NCBI GenBank assembly: GCA_007118235.1
Contig: SKRY01000175.1
Coordinates: forward strand, 1 to 25,599
Length of the DNA stretch: 25,599 bases
Source: Candidatus Hydrogenedentota bacterium
GTDB taxonomy: Bacteria > Hydrogenedentota > Hydrogenedentia > Hydrogenedentales > SLHB01
Reading direction: 5' to 3'
Positions 24,655 through 25,599 of this stretch are shown piece after piece; the stretch's first letter is position 1; the number at the start of each line of letters is the position of its first letter. Under the pieces are notes generated by a model. The model saw nothing but the letters and a program-made list of their open reading frames with translations, had not been told where the DNA came from and searched no databases. The translations under genes were made by a program, and so were the position numbers.

Positions 24655-25544
24655 CCTATTTCTTGTTTCCCGGCCAAGGCAGCCAAGTTGTGGGCATGGG
24701 CCGCGATTTTCACGAAGGCTCACAGGCCGCGCGGGCCGTGCTGGACAAGGCGGAAGAGGTGCTCGGCTCAGGGTTTCTCGACGCGATCTTCGAAGGCGAG
24801 CAAGAGCAGCTGAACGACACGCGGATGGCGCAGCCCGCCCTCGTGGCGGTTGGCGCCGCCATCGCCCGTCATCTCATCGAGAATGGAGTGCGGCCCAGCG
24901 GATTCGCCGGCCACAGCATCGGCGAGATCTCCGCCCTGACCGCGGCGGGCTCCCTTTCGCTGGAGGATGGGTTGCGCATCACACGGCTTCGCGCCCTGTT
25001 CATGTCGGAAGGCGTGCCGCCCGGCGGCATGGCCGCGGTGACCGGAATCGACGCGGCGGCCATCGCGGATAACCTGCCGGAAGGGGTCAACGTGGCCAAT
25101 TACAATGGCCCCCAGCAGACGATTATCTCCGGCACGGAAGAAGGTCTCACCGAGGCGGAGGAGCTATTGAAGGCGGCGGGCGCGCGGCGGGTCATTCGCC
25201 TGCGGGTGTCGGGTCCTTTTCACTCGCCCTATATGAAGGACGCGGCGGAAAAATTCCGCGAGGAACTCAAGGACGTTACCTTCGAACGGCCCAACGGCCG
25301 CTTTATATCCTCCGTTAGCGGGTTGGAAGAGTCCGACCCCGCCCATATCCGCGAGTTGCTGGGCGCCCAGGCCACCGCCCCCGTGCGATGGACCCAGGTC
25401 CTTGAGTGTATTGGCCCTGTCCCAGCCGTGGAAGCGGGCCCCGGCAAAGTCTTGCAAGGCATCGCCAAACGCATGGAAGGCGCGCCTTCCATCGCCCTCG
25501 CGGGCACGCTGGAGCAGGCCGACGCCATCGCGCAAGCGGGCTGA
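24651..25544 (+). CDS. fabD: Malonyl-CoA:ACP transacylase FabD
   Basis: FPGQGSQ, AQPAL, GHSIGE (catalytic Ser), NYNGPQQ.IISG, VSGPFHS, GPGKVL. GTG overlaps the plsX stop. Confidence 0.96.
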   Translation: MTYFLFPGQGSQVVGMGRDFHEGSQAARAVLDKAEEVLGSGFLDAIFEGEQEQLNDTRMAQPALVAVGAAIARHLIENGVRPSGFAGHSIGEISALTAAGSLSLEDGLRITRLRALFMSEGVPPGGMAAVTGIDAAAIADNLPEGVNVANYNGPQQTIISGTEEGLTEAEELLKAAGARRVIRLRVSGPFHSPYMKDAAEKFREELKDVTFERPNGRFISSVSGLEESDPAHIRELLGAQATAPVRWTQVLECIGPVPAVEAGPGKVLQGIAKRMEGAPSIALAGTLEQADAIAQAG

Positions 25545-25599
25545 TGGAGCAGGGGATAATCTTATCCCGTTTGTTGAACGCTGGCCGGTGAGCCGGAAA

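Noticed and set aside
8093-24723. Long antisense or alternate-frame ORFs (for example 8093-8800, 11743-12381, 13080-13922, 20116-20811, 23626-24723)
   Set aside because: Shadows of well-supported genes, expected in GC-rich DNA; no motifs of their own.
25544-25599. ATG overlapping the fabD stop, and a GTG near the window end
   Set aside because: The ATG frame stops after 15 codons; too little sequence remains to call the next gene.

Overview
This looks like the replication-origin region of a moderately high-GC, probably diderm bacterium. A cluster of DnaA boxes (about 554-1100) ends in a tandem-box/GC-motif/DnaA-trio-like unwinding element directly upstream of dnaN. There is no dnaA beside it; a cold-shock gene runs divergently in its place. 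Downstream of dnaN are two large GT-C-type membrane glycosyltransferase-like genes (ArnT/PMT-like and YfhO-like), a DUF72 gene and a membrane-anchored TPR gene. Next come two uncharacterised membrane proteins and rsmG, a stretch carrying three parS palindromes. The rest of the window holds apgM-cimA, a c-di-GMP pair (PilZN-PilZ-pseudo-receiver plus EAL-HDOD), a translationally coupled three-gene operon (HEAT/YbjN-like chaperone, Zn-finger-pentapeptide protein, MBL hydrolase), a cluster of exported, very acidic thioredoxin-fold/DsrE proteins, an 880-bp hairpin-rich intergenic region, and yceD-rpmF-plsX-fabD. I saw no rRNA, tRNA, CRISPR array, transposase or integrase. All calls come from motif recognition by eye; no database search was run.
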